This document shows positions 28,162 to 42,270 of a stretch of 64,000 nt of DNA, piece after piece (positions within the stretch are counted from its first letter, which is position 1; each line of letters opens with the position of its first letter). The notes below the pieces were generated by a model, which worked only from the letters and a program-made list of their open reading frames with translations, was not told where the DNA came from and searched no databases. The stretch covers positions 70,494,001-70,558,000 of the forward strand of contig OZ024745.1 of NCBI GenBank assembly GCA_964016885.1. The letters are read 5' to 3'. A program made the translations under genes and the position numbers. This DNA is from Eledone cirrhosa (lineage: Eukaryota).

Positions 28162-28828
28162 CAGAGTATTTCGTGGTAGAGGGATTGTCAGTAGGAATGT
28201 GTCTGTAAGTGTGTGGGGATATTTTAACATGTTAAAAGATATTTTTCAGCTCTTGTCTTATACGGAGAAGTGTGTGTGTGTGTGTGTGTGCGTATGTGTG
28301 TATGTATCTTTGTATGTTAATGTACGCGTGTGTATGTGTGTGTGTATATATGTGTGTGTGTGTGTGTGAGAATGTGTGTGTGTTTGTGTGTGGGTGGACC
28401 AGTATTTTTGTGACACTGGTAAAATGGTGTACATTATTCGAAATTTTCAGTAAAAACGATTCTCTCAATAGAACATCAAAAACCTTAATAAAAGGTGTGA
28501 AATGATATATAGTATTGGCATAATACCAAGGTGTGTGTGAGTGTCCAGATTGTACGTACTGCAAGGGGAATCCATTAAGCCTTGCCGTATTGGAATACTT
28601 GTGTACAAATATGTATGTGCCCATCAGTGTGCAATGCATGTGTGCGTTTATGTATGTGTGTCTGTCGGCACGTTTATATCTATAGACATCAAAAGGTATG
28701 CAAATTTGTGTATATTTATGTTGCAACATAGAACATGTGTGTTTACGTATGTCATTGTGTTTATATGTGGATAGAGATGTATGCTGATGTAGGTATGTAT
28801 GTTGACGTGTGTATGTTGTGGGTTCGTC
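27580..28828 (-). mobile_element. Probable 3' UTR of the Neptune-like PLE
   Basis: CA-rich on the minus strand, contiguous with the ORF end and running to a TA tract. The boundary is inferred. Confidence 0.4.
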
Positions 28829-29932
28829 TTAGGGAGAAGTGTTTAGACGGAGTCCGTATTTGTTAATAAAGTAAGATTCCTTGCTGATGCGCTAGGTGTG
28901 GGTGGCATTATCTTTAAATTTGTAGAGGGGAAAGATTCTGAAGTTGGGATGATTTGGGGCGGCACAGGTATCAATGTGTTCACTCAGTGGTATTTTCCTG
29001 TATTCCCGTATTTTAATTTGGGATCTATGGACAGACGTGCGTTGGCGGAGGCTGCCTTTGGTGTGGCCTATGTATTGTTCTCGACAACCTGAGCAAGTTA
29101 ATACATATATTAGATTTTCTGATGCGCGTGTGAAATTGTGTTTTACTATAAAACGTTGTCCTTCTTTGAAATAGAATTCCGAACCCTCTATTAGGTTTAT
29201 GCATGTGCCACAGTTGGGTCTATCGCATTTTTTTACTGTGGGTTTCGTTGTTGTGGTTGGCAGTATTTTGGCATGTGTTAGGATGTTTTTCATTGACTTA
29301 GATTGTCTTTTGCTGTTTATGATATCGTGTGTTCGTAAGATTTGGTTCATTATATGGTCCTTTTTCAACACAAGGATGTTCTGGAGGACGGTGTCAAAGG
29401 CCTCATTGTTGGGGAGATTGTGTGTGGAGATGTATGGAAGAGCTTTTAGTTTCGGTTGATTTACTTTAGGGTGTCTAAGGTCCTGGGTACTGAGTTTTAG
29501 GGCAGGTTGGATTCCATTGTCAATTAGTGATGCAGGGTAGTCCCTGCCTATGAGTGTGTCTTTAGTTCTTGTAGCCGTAAGTAGCAGGTGTTTTTATTGG
29601 AGACTATAGTACAGATTCTCTTGGCTAAATTGTAGGGAATATTAATTTTAACGTCTCAAGGGTGGCAAGAGTTGAAAGGAAGATATTGCTTGGAGTCTGT
29701 GGGCTTGTAGTATATGTCTGTTTCTATTTTTTTGTTATGGATCTTAATGAGGATGTCGAGGAAGGGGAGTTGTTGATGGCTGTATTCCATCGTGAAGTTA
29801 ATATTCGTGTTGAGCCCATTTATAAGGGTGGGAAATTCTTTAAGTTTCTCGATGTTTTCATCCAAAGGATGAAGCAGTCATCTAGATATCGCTTCCAGTT
29901 CCTTTCTATGTGTAAGTGGAGATTGTTTCCAA

Positions 29933-29936
<4 letters not shown>
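28829..29936 (-). pseudogene. 5'-truncated Penelope-like element ORF (RT C-terminus, thumb, GIY-YIG endonuclease), Neptune-like
   Basis: WKRYLDDCF, LPFLDILI, IYYKPTDSKQYL..SCHP, IPYNLAKRI, a CDRPNCGTC linker and NLIYVLTCSGCREQYIGHT..LRQRTSVHRSQI. It has frameshifts and stops, and the 5' end abuts (TA)n. The clade is assigned from the Cys-rich linker, by memory. Confidence 0.9.
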
Positions 29937-29976
<40 letters not shown>

Positions 29977-30039
29977 AATATTAAACAAATAATGAATAAA
30001 ACAATGAAACAGTTCCTTATATTAAACAAAAAAAGTTCA

Positions 30040-30185
30040 TTATTTAACGATCGTTTCTAGGATATATATGTGTTAGAATTGGCATGCATATTCAACAGAT
30101 CTATGTACAAAATTATACAAAATTATACAAACTATCAAGATTAAATATACATACCAACACATATATACGCCGTCTTCAGAAATAA
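30040..30185 (-). ncRNA. Type I hammerhead ribozyme with very long stem II
   Basis: Minus strand TTATTT-CTGAAGA-CGGCGTATATATGTGTTGG...CTAACACATATATATCCTA-GAAA-CGATCG-TT-AAATAA. Confidence 0.78.
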
Positions 30186-31818
<1,633 letters not shown>

Positions 31819-31820
<2 letters not shown>

Positions 31821-32068
31821 AGTCTAAAGTCTGTCTTAAGCCAGAAGGCTCATTTGGCCGGTGCTTATCCCGGTTTCATGGCGTGAAGCGACTGGGAGTA
31901 CAAGAGTCCCCCCTCGACAGGCCGCCAGTCCATCGCAGAGTTAAACCTCCAGCTATTGCTGGTACTGATTTCCAGCTGAGTATACTGGAGCAACGTGAAA
32001 TGAAGTGTTTTGCTCAAGAACACAACCCGCAACCCAGGAATCGAACCCACGACATTATAATCGTAATA
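31819..32068 (-). mobile_element. tRNA-derived SINE with Meta-like central domain, A-box missing
   Basis: Minus strand GGTTCGATTCC B-box and CTGCGATGGACTGGC..AGTCGCTTCACGCCATGAAACCGGGATAAGC. Inverted copy of 33258-33505. Confidence 0.8.
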
Positions 32069-32174
32069 TATATATATAGTGGTGGAACACTAGAAGATAA
32101 TATCCGTATGATAGAGCACTCAGTCCATGGGACGAGTTAGGTAGAACTGGTTACGCAACAGTTAGTTCACCATA

Positions 32175-32214
32175 CCGAGAACAATTGTTTCACCTTAGCG
32201 GATCCTCAGCTCGG
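32175..32214 (-). ncRNA. Minimal type I hammerhead in the PLE 3' region
   Basis: Minus strand CCGAG-CTGAGGA-TCC-GCTAA-GGT-GAAA-CAATTG-TT-CTCGG, ~160 nt downstream of the ORF stop on the same strand. Confidence 0.88.
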
Positions 32215-32376
32215 AATGGGCATGGTTATAAGAACAGGAAGGACAACCGTACGAACGCGCATGCGCAGAAAACCGGCCACTTCACACAGGCAATACTAGA
32301 CTGCGCGCGAGAGGTGTAAGGGAAATAACTGCGAAAGTCCGAAAAGTTTTTAGATTGAAAATAAAATTACAAAGAA

Positions 32377-33218
32377 TCAGTCCGGAGCCTTGTAGTTATG
32401 CAATAGGTGTTTGGCGACGTGTGGACAACGTGTGAAAAAATCATTTCTCGTATTTAGGCAATCACTATTGCGTAATCTCTTTCGAGTAGTTATTCGTCCG
32501 TCAATACATAAGCCACACGTCGGATTTCCCCTTGCGTATGGCTTGGACTTAGTGATGGTTTTCCATTGAATAGACTAGTCTATACTTGGCTCACGAGTTT
32601 CGTGGATGAGCGTCTGTCCGGGTACCTGAAGGTAGACTGGTGGTTCAGGAAACGTTCCTTAAATCGGCCTTCCGCCATGCCCACATAGGATTTGACCTCC
32701 TGTGGTTCGTTTGGTCGGTTGGAAGTAACCACAGCTCATAAATTATAGCTGGTGTGTTGCATTGTTGTTGAAGGGGGAAAGCTTTAGGCTTACGGCAAGA
32801 GCACCCTGGTGGGGTGTTGCTCCTAGGGCTGCTGGTGATGTGGGCGTTCATGTTCTTAGCGCAGGAGTATCCTAGTTTAACTTTGTGTCAGTTAAAGAAG
32901 GAGTGGTATTTATGACCTATGGGAAAGTGTCTATTTAAGAGGGATAGAAATGTTTTTCCTACATTGGTTTTAACATTGAGTGAGAAGGGAGGAGAGAACC
33001 AGATAGTGTGTCTATTGTTGCGCTTACTTTTCTTAATGGTGTTGTTGCTAGTGGGAGAGTAAGTGATAGGTTGTGAGAAGCCGCTGTTAGCCAACGCCGT
33101 GTTATAGTAGGGTGCCACCCTGTCAAAGATAGCCTTATTAGAGGACAGGGTTGAGATTCTAGTACTGATATTCTTAACGAAGTTTCTAAAAACAGTGGGA
33201 GGGTGGCATGAGTCCTTG
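32377..33218 (-). pseudogene. 5'-truncated Penelope-like element ORF (thumb plus GIY-YIG), Nematis-like
   Basis: SCHPP..ISTRISTLSS, IWFSPPFSLNVKTNVGK, KLGYSC, CSCR..CNTPAIIY, YVGMAEGRFKER, TCGLC..CLNTRNDFFTRCPH. Stops and frameshifts are present. The clade label is from memory. Confidence 0.88.
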
Positions 33219-33257
<39 letters not shown>

Positions 33258-33261
<4 letters not shown>

Positions 33262-33505
33262 CGATCATAATGTCGTGGGTTCGATTCCTGGGCTGCGTGT
33301 TGTGTTCTTGAGCAAAACACTTCATTTCACGTTGTTCCAGTATACTCAGCTGGAAATGAGTACCAGCAAAAGGTGGAGGTTTAACCCTGCGATGGACTGG
33401 CGTCCTGTCCAGGAGGGAGTCTTGTACTCTCAGTCGCTTCACGCCATGAAACCGGGATAAGCACCGGCCAAATAAGTTTTCTGGCTTACGACAGACATTA
33501 GACTT
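33258..33505 (+). mobile_element. tRNA-derived SINE with Meta-like central domain, A-box missing
   Basis: GGTTCGATTCC and AACCCTGCGATGGACTGGCGTCCTGTCCAGG..GAAACCGGGATAAGC. Confidence 0.8.
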
Positions 33506-33602
33506 TGCCTTTCATCCTTACGGAGTCGATAAAATAAAGTACCAGTAATGCACTGGGGTAATTGCTGGCCTTGTGCCAAAAGTAGAAACAACTATTATTA
33601 TT
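33500..33602 (+). mobile_element. SINE family B 3' half fused to the upstream Meta-like SINE
   Basis: GACTTTGCCTTTCATCCTTACGG...AGTAGAAACAACTATTATT. Confidence 0.8.
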
Positions 33603-33808
33603 TTATACTATTACTTATAGGTTTTACCTTCGTATAGACTGGGGTGACTGCATAATAGCGAATCATAAGTAGCTGCTATAGATGATGACAGAAAAATTAT
33701 TTTTGGCCCTACACGTTGTAAGATTTCCATTAATAAATGTATCATATATGACAACTACAATACACACGAACAAACACACACACAGACACATACACACACA
33801 CACACATA

Positions 33809-33928
<120 letters not shown>

Positions 33929-34054
33929 AATCTACCAAAATATACGGTAGTGTCCAATCCGTATGTAATCCAAATATCATGAAAAGAGAAGATGCATTCA
34001 AAAATGTTCGATGAAAATCATAGGAAAACAGAGTCAATATATAAATCAGTGTTG

Positions 34055-34284
34055 GTATGTAAAAATATTACAAATTATCAGAGGAAATATACATACCTTC
34101 ACATATACATGGTGTCTTCAGTATATGTGAAGGTATGTATATTTCCTCTGATAATTTATAATATTTTTACATAGATCTATATGATATACATACCAACACA
34201 TATACATCCTATAAACGATCGTAAAATGATGATTTTTTTAATATAAAGAACTTGTTCTTTGTTTTTATTTCATTGTTTTTATTA

Positions 34285-34290
<6 letters not shown>
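34055..34290. mobile_element. Fold-back relative of the 30040-30185 hammerhead family
   Basis: Hairpin 34055-34172 with TCTTCAG at its centre. The right arm continues CCAACACATATACATCCTA-TAAA-CGATCG-TA to (TA)n. Confidence 0.68.
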
Positions 34291-34326
<36 letters not shown>

Positions 34327-34389
34327 AACAAGAAAGACGGTTTCATTTTTCCATCCCTATTTATTTTTTATATGTATTTTAATATATAC

Positions 34390-34453
<64 letters not shown>

Positions 34454-34461
34454 AAGTATAT

Positions 34462-34520
<59 letters not shown>

Positions 34521-34887
34521 GTATAAAAAACGACAATACAATATAATTACCTCATTACCAGAGGTTTCCCGAATAAGGCGAATACGAAAGAAACGTCTTC
34601 ATTCGTTCGTCGGACGAGGCAATATAAAACATATTTGGAAAGTCTCCTCAAGAAATGCAAGAAAAATTATGTAAATATAGGTGAAAGTAATACAATAGAC
34701 ATATAAAATATATAAACAATTTTTTAAGAAATATAGTTAGGTGTGTGTATATGTATATACACTCACAGATGTACATATGTAAGTATGTACAAATGTGTGT
34801 GTATAGTGAAAATGTGTGCGTGAATATATATATGAGGGTAAAGATATCTGTGTATATGTAACTACAGATACAGACATGAATGTCCAA

Positions 34888-35075
34888 TTTTGATTCAATC
34901 TAAAGAATATGCAAGAGGAACAAGAAAATGCACGCTCTGTATAAATGAAAAATATTGGATTTTGCAAAACCTTAAATCACCAAAGACCTGCCTAAACCCA
35001 AAGACAGAAATTTTCACCAGTTGCCCACACATGAAATCACACCTGGTTTCCAGCTCATATAAACTTAACACACTT
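34888..35075 (+). pseudogene. PLE GIY-YIG endonuclease C-terminal remnant (Nematis-like)
   Basis: SKEYARGTRKCTLCINEKYWIL..CLNPKTEIFTSCPHMKSHL aligns by eye with SKPYARGNPTCGLC..CLNTRNDFFTRCPHVAKHL of the 32377 element. Confidence 0.82.
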
Positions 35076-36271
35076 TCAGATACTTATCCTCCATCAGCGC
35101 TTATTATTCTCTTTAAGACTACCTTTTCTGATTTACTTTTATTTTTAACCTTATTATTAATTTCATCTTTATTTTTATTTTTATTTTTATTTTTATTTTT
35201 ATTTTTATTTTTATTTTTATTTTTATTTTTATTTTTATTTTTATTTTTACTTCACATCCACCACTACCCCCCCCCCTTATTCTCCGATTCTCTTACCTAA
35301 TATCTTCACTTTCCACTTTTTACTTCCGTATTTTCTTCACTACCTGATTAAACATTTCAATTGCGTTTTCTACTCCAGATATTTTCTGTTATTTCGCAGC
35401 CATTTTTTTATATTTGTACTCACTTATTCACAAGGCCGTTTTTACACCCTGTATCTATGTGTCTGGGCGTTTTTATGTGTGTATACTTTCTGTATATGTA
35501 CACGAACGCCTCCGTATGTGCGCGCGCGTGCGTGTGTATATATATGTGTGTGTGTATGTGTTTTCATATCTGTGTTTTACATCTATTTTTTTACATTCTT
35601 ATTTTTATGTGTGCGCATGTAAGCGGGTCAACGTGCGTGAGTGTATGTATGTATATGTGTGCATCCTGTGTGTGTATGTATACTTGCATACGCTTTTTTC
35701 TGCACGTTTTGCGTGTATATATATTTTTTTTTATAGATATACGTTTCTTATAGATATATGTGTGTATGTACGCGTGTACCTTGTTTGTTTTCTTTACTTC
35801 GCAATTTTTTTCTTTCTAAATCATTGTTCCATTTTTATAAATATATCGAGAATGATACTTTCTTTTTACTATTACACTCCATTACCTCTTTTTCTTCTGC
35901 ATATAAGTGTACGCGCGTGTGTGTGTGTTTATACGCGTGCCTTAATATTCTTATAATGTATCTAATACCCTGTTTTTCTGTATACCTGTCAAACGGACAT
36001 TCATGTCTGTGTCTGTAGTTACATATACACAGATATCTTTACCCTCATATATATATTTACGCACACATTTTCACTATACACACACATTTGTACATACTTA
36101 CATATGTACATCTGTGAGTGTATATACATACATATACACACACCTAATTATATTTCTTAAAAAAGTTTTTATATATTTTATATGTCTATTGTATTACCTT
36201 CACCTATATTTACATAATTTTTCTTGCATTTCTTGAGGAGACTTTCCAAATATTTAGTAATGTTTTATATT

Positions 36272-36343
36272 GCCTCGTCCGACGAACGAATGAAGACTAT
36301 TCTTTCGTATTCGCCTTATTCGGGAAACCTCTGGTAATGAGGT
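36272..36343 (+). ncRNA. Hammerhead with CCGACGA core (mirror copy 34549-34620 -)
   Basis: GCCTCGT-CCGACGA-ACGAATGA..TTATTCGG-GAAA-CC-TCT-GG-TA-ATGAGGT. Confidence 0.75.
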
Positions 36344-36446
36344 AATTATATTGTATTGTCGTTTTTTATACATTAAATTTTGCTCTGGTACTTACATAGA
36401 GCACTCTTCACTCCTATGACTTTTTCTGTTTTCAACGGAAACTTCA

Positions 36447-36792
<346 letters not shown>

Positions 36793-37478
36793 GGACGGAT
36801 GGATGTTACTAAAGGAAAATTGAAGGCGTCATCTGTTTTATATTTCCTAGAAGTAATAATTAAATGTGAACACTATAATTGACGTTACGTCACATTCACA
36901 AACGAACACCAGTCCATAGGAACTCATATAATAAAATTATTAGAAAAATACAAAACAAAACAAAAAATAATATATTATTGATTTTGAATATGTTCTAATT
37001 ACCAATATCTTTTAAATATTAACTACTTTAATAAATAATTCTTGATAAATTCTACATTTCTAGATACAGTAATATGGATAAATAAAAACAATACTGCTGT
37101 TGGTTGTTATGTGATCAATACGTTTGTGTGGATTATAATACAAGTAAAATAAAACATAGATTGGAAATAAACAAGGAATATTTAATATTATTGCGATTAA
37201 TTAGTCATGTTATTCACTGTTAGCTTTACACATGACGCAGTTCTATGAACCATAATTTCATTCCAGTTAGACATTGATTAAACAAGGATAGAAAACAAAT
37301 AAACAAGACGCCAAATCCGAATACAATTAGAAACCTGATAGAATATGTTTTTTCTGTTTTATTACTTCGTCATGAATCATCCAACTAATTATGTATATTA
37401 ACCTTGTCCTTGACAGCTTACTTTATTAATACTACTATTACAGTAACTGCATATGCTAGAGATTAAGAAAGAGAGTGG

Positions 37479-37576
<98 letters not shown>

Positions 37577-37589
37577 AATATATATATAT

Positions 37590-38045
37590 AAAAACAAAGG
37601 AAATGTGGTAAGGAACCAGATGGACCATAACGCACCAGAGTACTCAATACTTAGAGTGGGAAATAGGAAAAAAGTATGACCCCGACGGCAGAGCTCAAGC
37701 CTTTTCGACGGCTATTTCTGGACTAAATTAGAATGTTTAGCCTGGTGAATAAATAGCCGAACTTGTCAAGGGGGTACTTCATTATATGGGAAGATTGTAA
37801 TTGTCAAGAGGATTGGTTAAAATTTGTTGTAAACACAAATAAGTCTATCATGGCATTTGGTGGGAGGTAGGGGTGGCTGAACTTGCCTGTAGAACAATAG
37901 GGGAGTGAGTGGAGCGGTCAAGCGTTGAAAGTGATATGTATACAGCAGATTCTAAGGATAGTGTATGAAGCGGAGGAGGGAGGTTATAGAATAGGTAAAT
38001 CGAATGAGAGTTGGAGACAATAAAAGATAATAGAAAGAAATAAAA
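37590..38045 (-). mobile_element. Family A longer copy with complete but degenerate hammerhead (37679-37775) and pyrimidine-rich upstream region
   Basis: Minus strand ACCCCC-TTGACAA-GTTCGGCTATTT..AAATAGCCGTC-GAAA-AGGC..GCCG-TC-GGGGT. The upstream boundary is uncertain. Confidence 0.72.
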
Positions 38046-38133
38046 AAATATATAAAATATATATATATATGTATATATATATGTGTGTATATATATATGT
38101 ATATATATATATACGTATATATATATATATATA

Positions 38134-38172
<39 letters not shown>

Positions 38173-38359
38173 GTGTGTATATATATTTATATATATAATA
38201 TTAAGGATACTATTTATGGTTATGTATATATTAAACTTTTTATAGTTATGTATATTTTAAACCTTAAACAGTGAAGGTCAGTAATTTATTACTACCTTAT
38301 TACCAGTAAGATACATAGCTCAATGTAATATCATCAGTTGTTCTACAGAGCAGTTATAT

Positions 38360-39659
38360 AGAATTCACAAGAATCAAGGCTATGTTCAAAGCATTTATTC
38401 ACTTACAATTGTTTCATCCAAACCTAGGCTTGGCATCTTCGGGGCATTTTTCAATGTTTGTACATATAATTGACCTCCTTTCCGACGCAAGAGACATGCA
38501 GATACATATATATATATATTGATGTACAGTGGAGTGACATATATTACACTATACTATTTTTGTACAGCAATTCAAATTCAAGATCAAAATCAAAATAAAA
38601 ATCAAAATAAAAATCAAAATTAAAATACATTCGGCAGATAACACAGATAATGCAGGAGGATAGTTTGATAGTGAGATCTAGTAGGTAGTGTATGCGTTAG
38701 TTACACGTGGAGCATGCAAGTGTGTCTCATTTTTATACGATTATTGTGTGGCAAGGTGTTACATGTAATGCAAGCACTTTAAATGGGTAAGCAAGAGAAT
38801 TATGGTGGTTGTAGTGGTAGGGTATTTTTAGTATAGATAAAAAAAGTATGTGTGCAGAAAAATAAAAAGAAAAAGAAGAAGCAAAAGAAAGTTATAGTTT
38901 TCGTATCCACCACCATTTTCACATTCAGAAAAAGTAAGAAATGGTTTTACATCCATCACATAAGTAACGATGATTCCGTAGTGAATGTTTGATGCATTAA
39001 ATTATTGTAGTGTATTGAGGCTCAGTGTTATTTAATCCTTATTTATAGAATAGGTTCTTTCTGTTGCGAGAATTTACATATATTACTTTTTCTGAATGTG
39101 AAAATAATGGTAGATACGAAAACTATAACTTTCTTTTGCTTCTTCTTTTTATTTTATTTTTCTGCACACATACTTTTTTTATCTATACTAAAAATACCCT
39201 ACCACTACAGCCACCATAATACTCTTGCTTACCCGCTTAAAGTGCTTGCATTACATGTAACACATTGCCACACAATAATCGTGTAAAAATGAGACACACT
39301 TGCATGCTCCATGTGTAACTAACGCATACACTACCTACTAGATCTGACTATCAAACTATCCTCCTGCATTATCTGTGTTATCTGCCGAATGTATTTTAAT
39401 TTTGATTTTGATTTTGATTTTGTTTTTGATTTTGATATTGAATTTGAATTGCTGTACACAAATAGTATAGTGTAATATATGTCACTCCACTGTACATCAA
39501 TATATATATATATGTATCTGTATCTCTCTTGCGTTGGAAAGGAGGTCAATTATATGTGAAAACATTGAAAAATGCTCCGAAGATGCCAAGCCTAGGTTTG
39601 GATGAAACAATTGTAAGTGAATAAATGCTTTGAACATAGCTTTGATTCTTGTGAATTCT
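38360..39659. mobile_element. Large fold-back element, ~575-bp arms, ~145-nt loop
   Basis: 38360-38937 is the reverse complement of 39083-39659 with scattered substitutions. The right arm ends in TA and the left arm continues as a tail. Confidence 0.88.
39573..39619 (+). ncRNA. Hammerhead with CCGAAGA core (mirror copy 38400-38446 -)
   Basis: TGCT-CCGAAGA-TGCCAAGC-CTAG-GTTTGGAT-GAAA-CAATTG-TA-AGTG. Confidence 0.72.
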
Positions 39660-40444
39660 TTATATATATATATATATAGTGATAGAGAGAGCGAGAAACA
39701 GGGGGGATAAAAAGGCATAGTGGTACATTCAATATTGTATAGATCTTTTTTTAGATCAGAAGAATGATATTGTAACATTTTAATTACAATCTTGGCTATT
39801 TATGTCATATAATTTATTACAATATGTCTCAGCCATTATAACATCATCTTTTAGGGGAATGTATTTCATAATAATATATGGTTGATGATTTAATTATGAT
39901 TCACCCTAAAACTCTAAAAATCTCATAAAAGACCCCCTTCTGTCATGAACGGCCATGACGTTTGCACTCAGAAAGCCCTCCTCCCTCCACCGATGCACAA
40001 GCCCAGCCAAGCTGTATTTGTGAAAGTCTAACAGTTGTCCATACAAATAATTGTGTCCTCACCACGCCACCAATGCAAATATATATCAGGAGAAACATGC
40101 AATCGAAAATAATAGAAATATTTCGGTGCATAATTGGAATAACAAATTCTTTACACAAATTAGATGAATCAAATCATATTCATTCATATAACGATATATT
40201 TCGGTGAGGCTTACCCTCAACGTTTGTGTGAAATATTGGAATGTCACGCATTCATTCTTACTTTAACCTTATTATGTAAACCAACGATGATTTCCATCTT
40301 ATGCAATGACTATCGATATTGTAGAGCGATTTCTACTGTGCAGGTGAATAGATTGTGGTGTTGTAACAAGTTTCCATCCATAGGATAATGGTCATGTGTG
40401 TAGTTGGTATATACACAATAGCTGTTCTTTTCCAACTTTCTCTC

Positions 40445-40556
<112 letters not shown>

Positions 40557-41834
40557 CTCTCTCTCTCTATATATATATATTTATATATATATCTCCCGCA
40601 CATCGCTAATATATTTGCACATTAAATAAATAGATAAACACAATTCATTTTTAAAATTAGAAGCAAAACGATATATTTCTTGAAAAAGTTGTTTTTAGAA
40701 ATATTAGACATTGTTGGTTATCATAATTTGTATATCTAAGATAGGCCAAACCTTTTAAAATACTGAATTATATTTTTTGTTAAGAGACACTAAGAGAACT
40801 TTATGTCGTTTTTAATAGTACGTAGAGTATATCGAGCTGAGTGGTTGGTAGTATATACCCTGTCGTTGGAACTATGACATAATTGTGAGCCAGAGTTTCA
40901 ATTATCAGAGTTTCTCTACTGTATTCATGGCAATTATAAAATTGTTTCAAAAAGCTTATATATAATCGATAAAGGAGCGAGTTTTATTCACGTAGGCTGT
41001 AAAGTGAACTTTCTCGTTAAAGTTATATAGTGTTTCTGATATTTGTTTCTCTTTTTTTTTATCATTTCTACACAACTTAGGGGCGTAAAATATGAAGCCG
41101 ACAAAGTATACGTCAAATTGCCTAAAATAAAAACAAAGAAACACTTCCATTATCTCAATTTTACTTGATTGCTTGTTGAATGAAAACTAATTTATGCAGG
41201 CTTCAACTAGTTGTTGTTTACCATATCATCTCTGATTGAGAAGACCTATGATGAGAGTCTTTACAATCGTTAACATACTGTCATTTGTCTCGTAAAAGTT
41301 TCTAGACTACATTATCAAATATATAGATTTCTCTTTTCTGAATGCTGAATACGGTACAGTAGGGTTTGACGGAGATTTGAATGCCATGCCTAAAGGTTGG
41401 GGCTTTAGGAAGAGACTTCCTATTTCACTTTAAATAAAAGCAGTTATATTTTCTGTAGTTAAAATAACTATTTATTAGAGATATATATCTTGTAATGGTT
41501 GATAATAATTAATATGAAGCAATATTTATAATATTTAGTATATATAAATTACACCACACCTATTAGATGCTTAAAATAGGATATTTGTTAAGATATTTAT
41601 AAAGCATTTAAGTAGAATCTGAGAGAGCAGGTACTTGAATGGACGGTGTGAAGACCAATCAGCTAAAAAAGTGGTTTCTGCTTTGTATCTGTAACTATCA
41701 CATTATTCTGTTATTTAAACTAGCTATGAATAAATACGTAACGATAAAAACATATTTTGCATTGTTGAGTTCAGCAGCATTCAGTAATCAGAAGAAAGGA
41801 GGTAGGTGTAATAGCCAAAATCACTATCTTCATT

Positions 41835-42270
41835 TCGGTATTCGTGCCATCATGAATAGTTGGTAATGACAGAAAGAATACGATTGCGAATACAAGCGGC
41901 CGAAATAGGATTTCTCCATAGGGTCTTTGGATTAACGTTACCCGAGAAAGTGCGTAGCCCGGAGATCAGAAGGTTACGCAAGGTAGAATCTCTACTCCTC
42001 TGAATGGGGAGATCACAGCTGCTATACTATGGGCATGGTATAAGAATGTCTCAGGAAAGAATCGCTTGACATATTTTATGGACAAAACCAGCCGGCAGGA
42101 GACCCTAGGATAGACGCCGAGCAAGATGGTTGGATAACATCCATGTGCTTGGCTGGTCACGCTTGGGGTACCAGCCGGTTCAGTCGGAAACGTTTGTTTC
42201 TGGCAGGGCACGCTGGAAGGAGTGTTTTAGGACTCTGCCCCACTCCCGCTCAGGAATAAGTGTGCGAAGA
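41835..42270 (+). mobile_element. RTE-clade LINE 3' end (decayed)
   Basis: Translates as MTERIRLRIQAAEIGFLHRVFGLTLPEKVRS..SQLLYYGHGIRM..GRRP*DRRRARWLDNI..LGWSRLG, matching the RTE/Expander-type C-terminus. Several stops. Confidence 0.85.

Larger units (their letters stand above)
34518..36448 (+). mobile_element. 5'-truncated PLE with inverted 5' pseudo-LTR, 3' pseudo-LTR and tail
   Basis: 34518-34886 is the reverse complement of ~35995-36373. An endonuclease remnant follows the left arm, and there is a ~75-nt tail. TA lies on both sides. Confidence 0.85.

Noticed and set aside
32888-32890. In-frame TGA in the PLE ORF as possible selenocysteine
   Set aside because: It falls where related proteins have Arg (FNR), so CGA>TGA decay is simpler. 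The ORF also has frameshifts.
38360-39659. Apparent excess of G.U-type arm mismatches as a fossil A-to-I editing signature
   Set aside because: There are too few sites and A.C-type mismatches also occur. CpG decay explains part of it, and a genome-wide count would be needed.
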